From the NCBI GenBank assembly GCA_964618645.1, contig CAZUBW010000005.1, forward strand, positions 15,870-79,869: 64,000 nt of DNA, in the 5' to 3' direction. Source of the DNA: an uncultured Bacteroidales bacterium (lineage in GTDB: Bacteria > Bacteroidota > Bacteroidia > Bacteroidales > UBA10428). A program made the position numbers and the translations under genes. Of this stretch, positions 35,951 to 46,267 are shown one piece after another. The notes beneath the pieces were generated by a model. The model saw nothing but the letters and a program-made list of their open reading frames with translations, had not been told where the DNA came from and did no database searches. Each line of letters opens with the position of its first letter. The first letter of the stretch is position 1.

Positions 35951-38413
35951 ATGAAGCACAAGGCCATTCATTTCTTGAGAAGAGCGATACAATTCGTCTT
36001 TTTAGTCGCGGTTATAAGCAGTCAGGCGTACACCCAACAGACCTATGTTATTGATGTTACCGGCGCTAAGCCCGATATACTGAAGGGACATCTCGACCTT
36101 GGCGGGAAAAGCATTACCGGCGAAAGCATCGAAGTAAATAATTTTTACATTGAGCGGAATGGCAAACCATACTTCCCGGTGATGGGAGAGTTTCATTATT
36201 GCCGCTATCCGAACCAATACTGGGACGAAGAAATAAAAAAGATAAAGGCCGGCGGTGTTAATACGATTGCCACTTATGTATTCTGGATCCTGCATGAGAC
36301 AAAAGAAGGGGTCTTTAATTGGGATAATGACCTGAATCTCCGGAAATTCATTGAGTGTTGTCAGCAAAATGATGTGGAGGTAATTGTCCGCATAGGCCCC
36401 TTTGCACATGGTGAAATGCGGAACGGCGGGTTGCCGGACTGGCTTTACGGGCGTCCTTTTGAAGTTCGTTCCAACGATCGCGGCTATTTGTTTTATGCCA
36501 ACCGGCTATATCAACAAATTGCGCAGCAACTTAAGGGTTTGTATTTCAAAGATGGAGGGCCCATTATCGGCATCCAAATCGAGAATGAATACCAGCATTC
36601 GGCGGCGCCCTGGTCGCTCACGTATACCGGAAGCAAACACGAGTATACAGCAGCACGCTTTGACCGGAAAATCATTCAGGCCGGTGTAGGCGTTAATGAA
36701 ATGGGGAATGATTACAACGCTTATGGGAAAAAGCATATGGAAACCCTGAAAGAAATGGCCAAAAATGCCGGAATGGATGTGCCCATTTATACGGCAACAG
36801 GCTGGGGTTTTGCCAGTATTGTCGAAAATGGGTCTATTCCAGTTATGGCAGGATATGCCTATCCTACCTGGGTGGAAAGAGACATTCCTTCAAATTTTTA
36901 TTGTTATAAGGACTTACGCAAAACTCCCGATTATGCCCCGGTGAGTTATCATACAGATTTGTATCCCTCTTTTGCGGCAGAGCTGGGCACCGGCATGGTC
37001 GTCAGTTACAATAAGCGTCCACGGGTTCCGGGAGAAAGCTTTTTGCCCATGATGGTACGCACCCTTGGAAGTGGCACAAACGGACTTGGTTATTACATGT
37101 ACCATGGCGGAACTACGCCGTCGGACGGAAACCTTTTTTATACCGAGGGATTTGGATACCATAAAAAATCATATGACTATCAGGCACCCATTGGAGAATT
37201 CGGAACCCTCAGTACCGGTTTTTATGGCCTGAAACTGGTGAATTACTTCTTACAGCAATATGGCGACCGGTTGGCACCACTCCCCACGATATTACCGGAA
37301 ACAAACAGTAAGATATTGCCTGATGATACCGTAACGCTCCGATACGCGGTACGAAGTGATGGAAATAGGGGCTTTGTGTTTATGCACAATTTCCAGGATC
37401 ATGCGAGCATGCCTGACCTCAATAACCTGAATATTAGTATTAATACCACTGATGGGGAGATCACCATCCCCGAAAAGGGTAGTTTTGACCTGAAGACCGG
37501 CACCTCCATGATACTGCCTTTCAACCTGAACCTCGACGGATTGCAGATCAAATATGCCACTGTTCAGCCGTTGTGTTCCTTTTCAAATAATGGCAGCCTT
37601 TATCATGTGTTTTGGTCGGCTGACGGGATAATCCCGGAAATTGTTTTTTCAGGTGCTGTTCGTGTAAAAACAGTAGGGCCGGTGATTACCCGCCGATCGG
37701 GAAACACTTTTGTAACAGGGGTTAACGGTAAAACCTTTGAATGCATTGTGAATGTTTCAGGACAACCAGTGCATTTTCTTGTTTTGCCCATGGAAAAAGC
37801 ACTCCATTCGTATCTGACAGGCAATCGTGGTGGTCAGCACCTGGTGATCAGCGATGCATTGGTTTTACAGGAGAAAGATTCAGTATGCCTTATAAGCGTA
37901 GGCAAAAGCAACTGGAATATTGAAGTTTATCCGGGTGTGCGTTCTCTTCAATCACCGGAAGCAATGCTGCAGCTTATGAAAAGCGCGAACCCGGGCATGG
38001 CTGTTTGGAACATCAGCGTGAACAAAGAAATTCCGGACATTACCCTTACCCGTACCGATGACCGTCATTATGTTTTAAATGCCAGGAATCTTGATCTGAA
38101 AAACCTGAATGATGTTTTGTTGAAAATGGATTATGTGGGTGACCGTGCATTGTGTTTTATCAATGGGGAGCTTGAAACGGACAACCTGAATATTGGCGAA
38201 CCCTGGTTGATTGGATTGAAACAATATGCCAGGAAGCTTCAGACGCATGAAATGTATTTTTATTTCCTGCCTATGCAAAGTGATGCGCCTTACCTGCATT
38301 ATTTTGATAAAACCATGCTACCTGATTTTTCCCATGGGAATGACTATCTGAAAATTAACGCGCCAGAAATTATCCCGGAATATAAGGTAAGGCTACACAT
38401 AAGTTCAAATTAA
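35951..38413 (+). CDS. GH35-family beta-galactosidase-like glycoside hydrolase, secreted
   Basis: Start moved to ATG 35951 (MKHKAIHFLRRAIQFVFLVAVISSQAYT signal). GKPYFPVMGEFHYCRYP, NTIATYVFW, RIGPFAHGEMRNGGLPDWL, acid/base IQIENEY. Confidence 0.82.
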   Translation: MKHKAIHFLRRAIQFVFLVAVISSQAYTQQTYVIDVTGAKPDILKGHLDLGGKSITGESIEVNNFYIERNGKPYFPVMGEFHYCRYPNQYWDEEIKKIKAGGVNTIATYVFWILHETKEGVFNWDNDLNLRKFIECCQQNDVEVIVRIGPFAHGEMRNGGLPDWLYGRPFEVRSNDRGYLFYANRLYQQIAQQLKGLYFKDGGPIIGIQIENEYQHSAAPWSLTYTGSKHEYTAARFDRKIIQAGVGVNEMGNDYNAYGKKHMETLKEMAKNAGMDVPIYTATGWGFASIVENGSIPVMAGYAYPTWVERDIPSNFYCYKDLRKTPDYAPVSYHTDLYPSFAAELGTGMVVSYNKRPRVPGESFLPMMVRTLGSGTNGLGYYMYHGGTTPSDGNLFYTEGFGYHKKSYDYQAPIGEFGTLSTGFYGLKLVNYFLQQYGDRLAPLPTILPETNSKILPDDTVTLRYAVRSDGNRGFVFMHNFQDHASMPDLNNLNISINTTDGEITIPEKGSFDLKTGTSMILPFNLNLDGLQIKYATVQPLCSFSNNGSLYHVFWSADGIIPEIVFSGAVRVKTVGPVITRRSGNTFVTGVNGKTFECIVNVSGQPVHFLVLPMEKALHSYLTGNRGGQHLVISDALVLQEKDSVCLISVGKSNWNIEVYPGVRSLQSPEAMLQLMKSANPGMAVWNISVNKEIPDITLTRTDDRHYVLNARNLDLKNLNDVLLKMDYVGDRALCFINGELETDNLNIGEPWLIGLKQYARKLQTHEMYFYFLPMQSDAPYLHYFDKTMLPDFSHGNDYLKINAPEIIPEYKVRLHISSN

Positions 38414-38498
38414 TGCAGCAGGCGGCCAATATTTCCGTCCTTGTGAAAAACATTTTGGTTTAAAATGACCCACTGGTATTTTTTTTCACCTGTAATTA

Positions 38499-38556
38499 GT
38501 GTTTCTGAACAGACACATATCCAGTTAAGCATTTTGCCAACTATGTTGACGAACGC
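38499..38556 (-). repeat. Dispersed hairpin element, partial copy 3 (left module plus first 15 nt of the arm only), inverted orientation
   Basis: The reverse complement GCGTTCGTCAACATAGTTGGCAAAATGCTTAACTGGATATGTGTCTGTTCAGAAACAC aligns at about 80 percent (by eye) with 16517..16575. Confidence 0.7.
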
Positions 38557-38570
38557 TAATTAATAATCCT

Positions 38571-39536
38571 ATGAAAAGAAAAATCATTGACTATTCGTAC
38601 GCCCTGTTCTTTGTGGCGTTTGCATTTATGACCTCATGTGTTTCTTCACAGTCGTTTCTTCCCGTGAAGGGCAGTGGTATGGCTGTCGACAAAAATATAG
38701 CTGTTTCGGATTTTAACGGACTCGATGTCTCGGGTGGATTTGATGTTGTGCTGGTACAGGGAAATGCCGAAGGGGTCGTAATTACCGCCCAGGAGAATTT
38801 GTTCAGTTATGTTAAGGTGGAGGTGGTGCAGGGTGTCCTGAAAATATACACCGAAGCGAACATTATGCCCACCAAGCCTATGAAAGCACGGGTAAGTTTC
38901 AAAAGCATTGAAAAACTGGAGGTGTCCGGTGGCGGCGATGTGATGGCCGAAACACCTGTGAATGTTCCGGAGCTCGATGTGGCCATGAGCGGCGGAGGCG
39001 ATCTGACCCTTTCGGTAACCACGGCCGAATTGAACGCTAAGATCAGCGGGGGCGGGGATGCCCGACTTGATGGCAGCGCCGGGACCTTTGACATGGTTAT
39101 GTCGGGTGGGGGTGATCTGTCATCCAACCTGGAGTCTGGTAACATTGCCTGTACGCTTTCCGGCGGTGGCGACCTGAGTTTAAAGAACCCGGACAAGGCG
39201 TCTGCCATTGCTCTTGAAGTTAGTGGCGGAGGAGATGTGGAGGCTTCACTGGAAGCTGACCATCTCAGGTGTTCTGTATCGGGTGGCGGCAATGCCAGTT
39301 TTTCAGGACATGTCGCTGATCTTGAAATAAACGTCAGCGGCGGGGGTGATATTAATGCAGCAGGACTTGTCGCCCGTAAAGCTTCAGTGCAAGCCGGCGG
39401 AGGTTCAGATGTGCATGTGAACGTGTCGGAAGAACTGAAAGGCAATATTTCGGGTGGCGGTGATATTTATTTCGCAGGGAACCCTGCCATTGTTTCCATT
39501 GATACCAAAGGAGGGTCAGCAATACATAAGGAATAA
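38571..39536 (+). CDS. DUF2807 / head-GIN-domain (putative beta-helical adhesin-like) lipoprotein
   Basis: 321 aa. MTSC lipobox. About 10 repeats of the SGGGD motif at roughly 20-25-aa spacing. Confidence 0.75.
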   Translation: MKRKIIDYSYALFFVAFAFMTSCVSSQSFLPVKGSGMAVDKNIAVSDFNGLDVSGGFDVVLVQGNAEGVVITAQENLFSYVKVEVVQGVLKIYTEANIMPTKPMKARVSFKSIEKLEVSGGGDVMAETPVNVPELDVAMSGGGDLTLSVTTAELNAKISGGGDARLDGSAGTFDMVMSGGGDLSSNLESGNIACTLSGGGDLSLKNPDKASAIALEVSGGGDVEASLEADHLRCSVSGGGNASFSGHVADLEINVSGGGDINAAGLVARKASVQAGGGSDVHVNVSEELKGNISGGGDIYFAGNPAIVSIDTKGGSAIHKE

Positions 39537-39567
39537 GGTAATAACAATGTCGTTAACGCTGAATGCT

Positions 39568-39598
39568 AAGCGTAGTCTCCTGACTACGCTTTTTTTTA
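39568..39598 (+). terminator. Rho-independent terminator
   Basis: AAGCGTAGTC-TCCT-GACTACGCTT followed by TTTTTTT. Confidence 0.8.
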
Positions 39599-39667
39599 TG
39601 ACTTTTTACACAGCCTCTTTTTTATTAACTTTGATTGCGAATGATCAACGAAGTAAAAAAAATTTGT

Positions 39668-41191
39668 ATGATGAAATGGATGACGCTTATGATGGCCTTT
39701 GCCTTTTTCAGCCATGCCTATGCCGGTAATGGCCCGGTGGGTGTTTTTGATGACCATGCCGACGTGGGAAATCCCAAAATTGCCGGATCAACAACCTATG
39801 ATCCCAATACACAGGTTTACTCGTTGAAAGGCGGTGGGTACAACATCTGGTTCGGACGCGATGAATTTCACTATGCCTATCAGAAAATCAAAGGCGACTT
39901 TATCCTTACGGCCAACTTTGCCTTTGTGGGCAAAGGTGTGGATCCGCACCGCAAAATGGGCTGGATGGTGCGTGAAACGGTCGATGACAATTCATCGCAT
40001 TACAGTGCCGTGGTGCACGGCGATGGTCTTACCGTTATGCAGTGGCGGCCCATTAAAGGAGCTTTCATGCGCGATCCGCAGGACGAGATATTTGCTCCCA
40101 AGCCCGGTTACCAGATTATACAGCTCGAACGGCAGGGTAAAACACTTATTTTCCGCGCTGCACAGGTGGGAGAGCCGCTGCAGGTAATTGGCACCGAACG
40201 TGCCCGGGATCTTCCCGACGAGGTGCTGGCCGGGTTGTTTGTTAATTCGCATAACCCCGATGTAATGGAAGAAGCAAGGGTGTGGAACGTGCGCATTGAC
40301 AGACCTGTACCCGATACATATAACCCCGACAGGGAAGGATGGGTTGGTTGCAGGATGGAAATTCTCGACGTTTTTACCGGCATGCGCAAGGTGATTCATG
40401 AGTCATCTGGCCGGTTTGAGGCACCTAACTGGATGCCCGATGGCAGGCAGTTGTTGTTCAACCAGGACGGGTCGCTGTTTACCATTCCCATTGAAGGCGG
40501 TACGCCAGTCAAGCTGAATACCGGTTCGGCAAGCCGCCTGAATAACGATCATGGCATCTCGTTCAGCGGCAAGCAACTGGCCATAAGTCATCATCGTCAG
40601 GGATTGCCCGGCGGCGGTTCATCGGTTTATGTACTGCCACTTTCGGGGGGCGAGCCGACACTGATCACGGAAAAAACACCTTCGTACTTTCATGGTTGGA
40701 CGGGCGATGATAAGTTTGTGCTGTATGTTGCCCAGCGCGATACTGCTATTTACAACGTGTATAAAAGTCCGGTCAAAGGCGGCCCCGAAGTCCAGCTCAC
40801 CTTCTTTAAGCACGGACATGTCGACGGTCCCGAAGGTTCTCCCGACAACAAATACATCTATTATAACGGTAGCCAGACCGGAACCATGCAGCTTTACCGT
40901 ATGAGGCCCGATGGCTCGGGCATGGAACAGCTTACCTTTGATGCGTATAACGACTGGTTTCCGCACATTTCGCCCGATGGCAAGTGGATTCTTTTTATTT
41001 CATTTCCTACAGAGATCGATCCCGATGCACATCCTTCGTACAAAAGGGTTATGTTACGGGTAATGCCGGCCAACGGCGGAGCGCCCAGGGTGGTTGCTTA
41101 CCTGTACGGCGGCCAGGGAACCATAAATGTGCCTTCGTGGTCACCCGACAGCAAACGAGTGGCTTTTGTAAGCAATTCGGGGAAAGAATAG
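39668..41191 (+). CDS. Secreted two-domain protein: ConA/LamG-like N-terminal domain plus TolB-like PD40 beta-propeller
   Basis: Signal MMKWMTLMMAFAFFSHAYA. PD40-type repeats PNWMPDGRQLLF, PHISPDGKWILFIS, PSWSPDSKRVAFVS. The start choice is uncertain (39641/39668). Confidence 0.6.
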   Translation: MMKWMTLMMAFAFFSHAYAGNGPVGVFDDHADVGNPKIAGSTTYDPNTQVYSLKGGGYNIWFGRDEFHYAYQKIKGDFILTANFAFVGKGVDPHRKMGWMVRETVDDNSSHYSAVVHGDGLTVMQWRPIKGAFMRDPQDEIFAPKPGYQIIQLERQGKTLIFRAAQVGEPLQVIGTERARDLPDEVLAGLFVNSHNPDVMEEARVWNVRIDRPVPDTYNPDREGWVGCRMEILDVFTGMRKVIHESSGRFEAPNWMPDGRQLLFNQDGSLFTIPIEGGTPVKLNTGSASRLNNDHGISFSGKQLAISHHRQGLPGGGSSVYVLPLSGGEPTLITEKTPSYFHGWTGDDKFVLYVAQRDTAIYNVYKSPVKGGPEVQLTFFKHGHVDGPEGSPDNKYIYYNGSQTGTMQLYRMRPDGSGMEQLTFDAYNDWFPHISPDGKWILFISFPTEIDPDAHPSYKRVMLRVMPANGGAPRVVAYLYGGQGTINVPSWSPDSKRVAFVSNSGKE

Positions 41192-41313
41192 GTAATTAGC
41201 CTTCACGATGCGAAAGGGAAGTGCGTAATTTGAGGAGCAAAAGGTTAAAAATGGGTACTTTTTGCCTGCATTATGGTGTAACTTGCATACAATATTATTA
41301 AAACCGGATTGGT

Positions 41314-43200
41314 ATGAAGAAAATATTTGCTGGAATGATGTTTTTGTTATCCGCCCTGGGAATGTCGGCGCAACAAAACAAGGTAAGTCTGATACCGCAG
41401 CCCGTTGAACTGCAGGTAATGAATGGATCATGGACTCTCACCGGAAGCACATCGGTGGGCTACAATAAGCCGGAAGGTCGTAAAGTTGCTGAAATGCTGG
41501 TACAACAACTTAATCAGCCCACAGGGTTTAAAATTTCGGCAAAACAGGGAACAACAGCCGGCATACAGTTGAATATTAATGCCACTGCAGATACCAAGCT
41601 CGGTACCGAAGGCTATACGCTGGTTTCGGGTGCAAAAGGTGTTGTTATTACAGCCAACCAGCCGGCAGGTCTTTTTTATGGCATGCAAACCCTGCTTCAA
41701 CTATTGCCTAAGGAAATAGAGAGTAAGAAAACGGTTAAAGCCAGCTGGACAGTTCCTGCGGTGAAGATAACCGATTACCCGCGGTTTGCCTGGCGTGGAT
41801 TGATGCTCGACGTAAGCCGGCATTTCTTTACCAAAGCGGAAGTAAAGCGCTATATCGACGAGATGGTACGTTTCAAATACAATACCTTCCATTGGCACCT
41901 GACCGATGATAACGGCTGGCGTGTGGAAATAAAGTCGCTGCCAAAACTTACCGAAGTCGGTGCATGGCGTGTGGAGCGGCATGGTCAGTTTGGCAGCAGG
42001 CCCGATCCCAGGCCAGGTGAACCGGCTACATACGGCGGTTTTTATACCCACGAGGATATTCGTGAAATTGTACAATATGCCATGGACAGGCACGTCACCA
42101 TTGTTCCCGAGATTGATGTTCCGGGACACAGCATGGCTGCCATTGCAGCTTATCCCGAGCTAAGCTGCACCAAAAATCCAAATACCATGGTTAACCCGGG
42201 CACTAATTTTGCCGAATGGTATGGCAACGGCACTTTCAGGATGTTTATCGAAAACACACTGAATCCCTCGGATGAAAAGGTATATGAATTTCTCGACAAG
42301 GTATTTACCGAGCTGGCCCAATTATTCCCCAGTTCTTATATTCATGTGGGCGGCGACGAGTGTTACAAAGGCTTCTGGAAAAACGACAAGGGATGCCAGT
42401 ACCTGATGAAGAAATTGAATATCAGGCACGTTGAAGACCTTCAGGGGTATTTCATGAACCGGGTGGAAAAAATTCTCACCGACAAGGGCAAGAAGCTGTT
42501 GGGTTGGGATGAGATCCTCGAAGGCGGGATATCCCCCGGAGCAACCGTGATGAGCTGGAGAAGTATGGCCGGCGGTATTGAAGCCGCCCACATGGGTCAC
42601 GATGTGGTGATGACGCCAACCTCGCATTGTTATATCGACTATGTGCAAGGTGAGGCAACCATTGAACCTCCCATTTATGCGAGCTTGCGGATGAAGAAGA
42701 GCTACAGCCTGAATCCGGTTCCGGAAGGCGTAGATGCCAAACACATACTGGGCGGACAGGGGAATTTGTGGACCGAACAGGTAGCCACGCTACGACACGC
42801 CGAATACATGACCTGGCCGCGCGGATGGGCGTTGGCTGAAGTTTTCTGGACACCCGACGAAAACAAGAACTGGGAGAATTTTGTAAAGCGGGTGGAAAAT
42901 CAGTTTACCCGTTCGGATGTAGCTGAGGTGAAGTATTCAAAGGCTATGTACGATGCCATTATCCGTACCCGGATGAAGGATGGAAAACTGTGGGTTGAAA
43001 TGGAGCCGGAGGCACCCGGACTGGATATTTATTATACCATTGACGGCGGGATGCCTGACAATTTCTCTCCCAAATACACCCAGTCATTTGAAATTCCGGA
43101 AGGACCCGTAACGTTGCGTGTGATTACCTACCGCAACGGTGCACCCATTGGACACCTCATCACCCTGAAACCTGCCGACCTGAAGGCAAGGGCGGAGTAA
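41314..43200 (+). CDS. GH20 beta-N-acetylhexosaminidase
   Basis: 628 aa. Signal peptide, RGLMLDVSRHF, FHWHLTDDNGWR, HVGGDE, GNLW. Confidence 0.92.
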   Translation: MKKIFAGMMFLLSALGMSAQQNKVSLIPQPVELQVMNGSWTLTGSTSVGYNKPEGRKVAEMLVQQLNQPTGFKISAKQGTTAGIQLNINATADTKLGTEGYTLVSGAKGVVITANQPAGLFYGMQTLLQLLPKEIESKKTVKASWTVPAVKITDYPRFAWRGLMLDVSRHFFTKAEVKRYIDEMVRFKYNTFHWHLTDDNGWRVEIKSLPKLTEVGAWRVERHGQFGSRPDPRPGEPATYGGFYTHEDIREIVQYAMDRHVTIVPEIDVPGHSMAAIAAYPELSCTKNPNTMVNPGTNFAEWYGNGTFRMFIENTLNPSDEKVYEFLDKVFTELAQLFPSSYIHVGGDECYKGFWKNDKGCQYLMKKLNIRHVEDLQGYFMNRVEKILTDKGKKLLGWDEILEGGISPGATVMSWRSMAGGIEAAHMGHDVVMTPTSHCYIDYVQGEATIEPPIYASLRMKKSYSLNPVPEGVDAKHILGGQGNLWTEQVATLRHAEYMTWPRGWALAEVFWTPDENKNWENFVKRVENQFTRSDVAEVKYSKAMYDAIIRTRMKDGKLWVEMEPEAPGLDIYYTIDGGMPDNFSPKYTQSFEIPEGPVTLRVITYRNGAPIGHLITLKPADLKARAE

Positions 43201-43211
43201 AGTTTTATTAA

Positions 43212-44300
43212 TTAGAGTTTAGGGCTCCCTGATAATGATTCAAGGAGCCTTCGCCTGTCGGTTTTCATGGATTCGTTGCGGGGGATGTTGTCTACGATTA
43301 GCAATTCTTTGGGTCGCCAGCGAGTGGGGAGAAAGTCATCCAGCGCAGTTTTTATGGCAGACATCGGACGGTTGAGCTTTTCTTTTTCAAAAACAAGCAC
43401 CAGCTTTTGACCGAATTGTTTATCGGGCAATCCCAGTGCAATGCATTCGATGCCCGTTTTGGTCATGATAAGCGATTCCACTTCTTCGGGTACAATTTTC
43501 ACACCGCCGGAGTTGATGAGGTTATCGTAACGTCCCAACCAGGTAAAAACTCCGGGGGAGGTAAAGCGGATAATATCATTTGTAGTGACAGCGCCTGGCA
43601 GGTAAGCGGCATTGATAACAAGACATCCGCGGTCGTCGGCCGACAACGTTACACCGGGCATGGTATGGAAGGCCTTCTGTGGTGCCGGTCCGTTCAGGCG
43701 TCTGATGGCCACGTGCGAGCAGGTTTCGGTCATGCCATAGGTGGCAAAAACTTCGTTGGGTATTTTCAACAAGCTGGCTTCGAGTTCGTGGTTGATTTCG
43801 GCACCGCCGATGAGTAGCTTTTTTACGGGGTTGAGATCGGTACGACATAAAAGCAGGTTTGAAACCTGCATGGGCACCATGGCACAGAGATCGATCCGTG
43901 GGTGACCCGACAGGTCGGGGGTGCTTCTGGGCGCTGTGGTCAACAGGTTCATGTCATTAACAAAACAGCGGACGATCATCATTTTGCCGGCAATGTATTC
44001 CACTGGCATACAAAGGAGGGCTGTGTCACCAGCTTTCAGTTGCAACAGGTTGCAGGTATTCCGGGCCGATATCGTCATACTGTTCTTCATCAGCTTTATC
44101 TCTTTGGGTTTTCCGGTAGTGCCCGAAGTATAAAGCATCATGAAATCATAGTCACTAAGCCAGTTGATGATGAACCGGTGAATCTCTTTTTCCCAGGGTT
44201 CGGTATCGGCCGATACAATCTGGTCGCTGCTGAAATGCAAAAGCTCCCTGAAGTTGTAATAGGTGCCGTTGATCGTTAGTCCCTTCTGCCAGTCTCCCAT
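43212..44300 (-). CDS. menE: O-succinylbenzoate--CoA ligase
   Basis: 362 aa. Short AMP-binding enzyme (LYTSGTTGKPKEI, YGMTE) at the distal end of the men operon. Confidence 0.85.
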   Translation of the reverse strand: MGDWQKGLTINGTYYNFRELLHFSSDQIVSADTEPWEKEIHRFIINWLSDYDFMMLYTSGTTGKPKEIKLMKNSMTISARNTCNLLQLKAGDTALLCMPVEYIAGKMMIVRCFVNDMNLLTTAPRSTPDLSGHPRIDLCAMVPMQVSNLLLCRTDLNPVKKLLIGGAEINHELEASLLKIPNEVFATYGMTETCSHVAIRRLNGPAPQKAFHTMPGVTLSADDRGCLVINAAYLPGAVTTNDIIRFTSPGVFTWLGRYDNLINSGGVKIVPEEVESLIMTKTGIECIALGLPDKQFGQKLVLVFEKEKLNRPMSAIKTALDDFLPTRWRPKELLIVDNIPRNESMKTDRRRLLESLSGSPKL

Positions 44301-44303
44301 GGC

Positions 44304-45362
44304 TTATTCAAGTTCAAATGCCGAAAGTTCCCATTTGCGGTCGGGGTCGAAACACAGTCGTTCACCATGTAAAAACAGGGGCGACCGTATGTTATTCTGA
44401 TAGAGCGAGCCGGTACTGAGGCCATGGTAGATCTGATTTTGAAGGGTATAGGTCCATTGAGCAATGGCATTCAGACCAATGTTGGTTTCCAGTGCCGAGG
44501 TTATCCACCATTGGATATTTCTTTCACGTGCCAGGGTGATCCATTCCCGGGTGGAGGCCAGTCCCCCCAGCAGGCCAGGTTTCAATACCAGGTATTGTGG
44601 TTTAATGGTATTCAGCATTTTAATACGGTTGGCCATGCTGTGCAGGCCAATCATTTCTTCGTCGAGGGCAATGGGCACGGGTGACAGTTCGCACAACCTG
44701 GCCATATCGTCGACACGGCCTGCAGCAATGGGTTGTTCAATACTGTGCAGGTCAAATTCCGAGAGTAGTTTGATTATTTCGAGGGCTTCGCGGGGTTTGA
44801 AGGCTCCATTGGCATCGAGCCTGATTTCAAGTTCGTCAGGCGTACAGGCATTGCGGATGAATTTAAGCACTTCGAGCTCTTCATCGAGGTCCAGTGCCCC
44901 GATTTTCATTTTGAGGCAGGTAAAACCGTCGTTCAGTTTCTGCCGGACCTGCCTGATCATATCTTCTTTACTGCCCATCCAGATGAGCCCGTTAATGCTG
45001 ATGGTGTCGATGCCTTCGGTAAAGTCCGATGGGTATAGAATCCTGTTGCCGTTTAACCGGATGTCCTTCCAGGCTGTTTCGAGCGCAAAGCTGATGGAAG
45101 GCCATTCCGAGAGACTTGTATCGGCGAGGTAATTGCCCTGGTTAATGCGCTCCACGGTTTGATTGAGCTTATCGGTGAAGCCTTTGACGTCGTCGTAACT
45201 GAGACCGGGAAACAGTGAACATTCGCCAATTCCGGCAATGGATGGCTCCTCGGTGTGATACAACACAATAAAATGCACTTTTTTGCTGGCGTAAGTGCCG
45301 CGGGAGGTTGTTGCCGGACGCTGAAACCGAAATTCGGTGTGAATGGTTTTTGCCTTGATCAT
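44304..45362 (-). CDS. menC: o-Succinylbenzoate synthase (enolase superfamily)
   Basis: 352 aa. MR/MLE-type barrel (LKMKIG, RLDANGAF, IEQP, LDEE). Operon context. Confidence 0.82.
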   Translation of the reverse strand: MIKAKTIHTEFRFQRPATTSRGTYASKKVHFIVLYHTEEPSIAGIGECSLFPGLSYDDVKGFTDKLNQTVERINQGNYLADTSLSEWPSISFALETAWKDIRLNGNRILYPSDFTEGIDTISINGLIWMGSKEDMIRQVRQKLNDGFTCLKMKIGALDLDEELEVLKFIRNACTPDELEIRLDANGAFKPREALEIIKLLSEFDLHSIEQPIAAGRVDDMARLCELSPVPIALDEEMIGLHSMANRIKMLNTIKPQYLVLKPGLLGGLASTREWITLARERNIQWWITSALETNIGLNAIAQWTYTLQNQIYHGLSTGSLYQNNIRSPLFLHGERLCFDPDRKWELSAFELE

Positions 45363-46267
45363 GGGATGATTAAACCTAAACCAAATGTAAATGAGAATGC
45401 GAATGTCCCAATGGCCAGTTTTTTTAATTCCGGGTTCAGGTCACCCGGATTGGTGTTTTTAAGCACTACAATGGCATTATGGGCAAAAAGAGGACAGGTA
45501 AGGATAAACAGGAACTGGTAAACGGAGTGAAACCGGAGCAAGGTGTACAGGAGTGAGGAAGCAACGGAAAGTACCAGGAGTGAAAGGTGATATATTTTGG
45601 CTGCCTTGCTGCCAATATGCACTACCAGTGTGTTTTTTCCCGAGAGGGCATCATTTTCGATATCGCGCATGTTATTCAGGTTCAAAACGCCGGAACTCAG
45701 CAGACCTATGGCGGCAGCCGGCAGCAGAACCAGCGGATCGAAGGTGAGGGTGTGCAGGTAATAGGTGCCGGCCACCCCGACAATTCCAAAGTAGAGAAAA
45801 ACGAAAATATCGCCCAGCCCGATGTAACCGTAAGGATTCCTGCCAATGGTGTATTTTATGGCGGCGTAAATGGCCGAAAACCCTAGTACAAAGAAGAAAA
45901 GAATGATTTTCCAGTTGATATGATGTAAGCCGATGAAAATGAGCGTTGAACCGGTTATCAAGGCGAGGGTAACAAAAACACCGATCATGATCCGCATCTG
46001 CCTGCGGGTAACCAATCCACTTTGGGTGATCCTGAGCGGGCCAATGCGGTTTTTGCTGTCGGTACCATGGGACGCATCACCATAATCGTTGGCCAGGTTC
46101 GAAAGAACTTGCAGGAACAATGTGGTGAGGGTGGCGAGTATAAAAACATACCAGCGGAAATTACCCTGGGCATAGGCCAGAAAACTTCCGAGAATGGCAC
46201 TCGAAAGCGCCAGCGGAAGGGTGCGAAGCCTGAAGGCATGTATCCATATGTTGAGGGTGCTTGTCAT
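45359..46267 (-). CDS. menA: 1,4-dihydroxy-2-naphthoate polyprenyltransferase
   Basis: 302 aa. UbiA-family polytopic protein, [11 protein letters not shown] (NDxxD). 4-bp overlaps with both neighbours. Confidence 0.9.
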   Translation of the reverse strand: MTSTLNIWIHAFRLRTLPLALSSAILGSFLAYAQGNFRWYVFILATLTTLFLQVLSNLANDYGDASHGTDSKNRIGPLRITQSGLVTRRQMRIMIGVFVTLALITGSTLIFIGLHHINWKIILFFFVLGFSAIYAAIKYTIGRNPYGYIGLGDIFVFLYFGIVGVAGTYYLHTLTFDPLVLLPAAAIGLLSSGVLNLNNMRDIENDALSGKNTLVVHIGSKAAKIYHLSLLVLSVASSLLYTLLRFHSVYQFLFILTCPLFAHNAIVVLKNTNPGDLNPELKKLAIGTFAFSFTFGLGLIIP

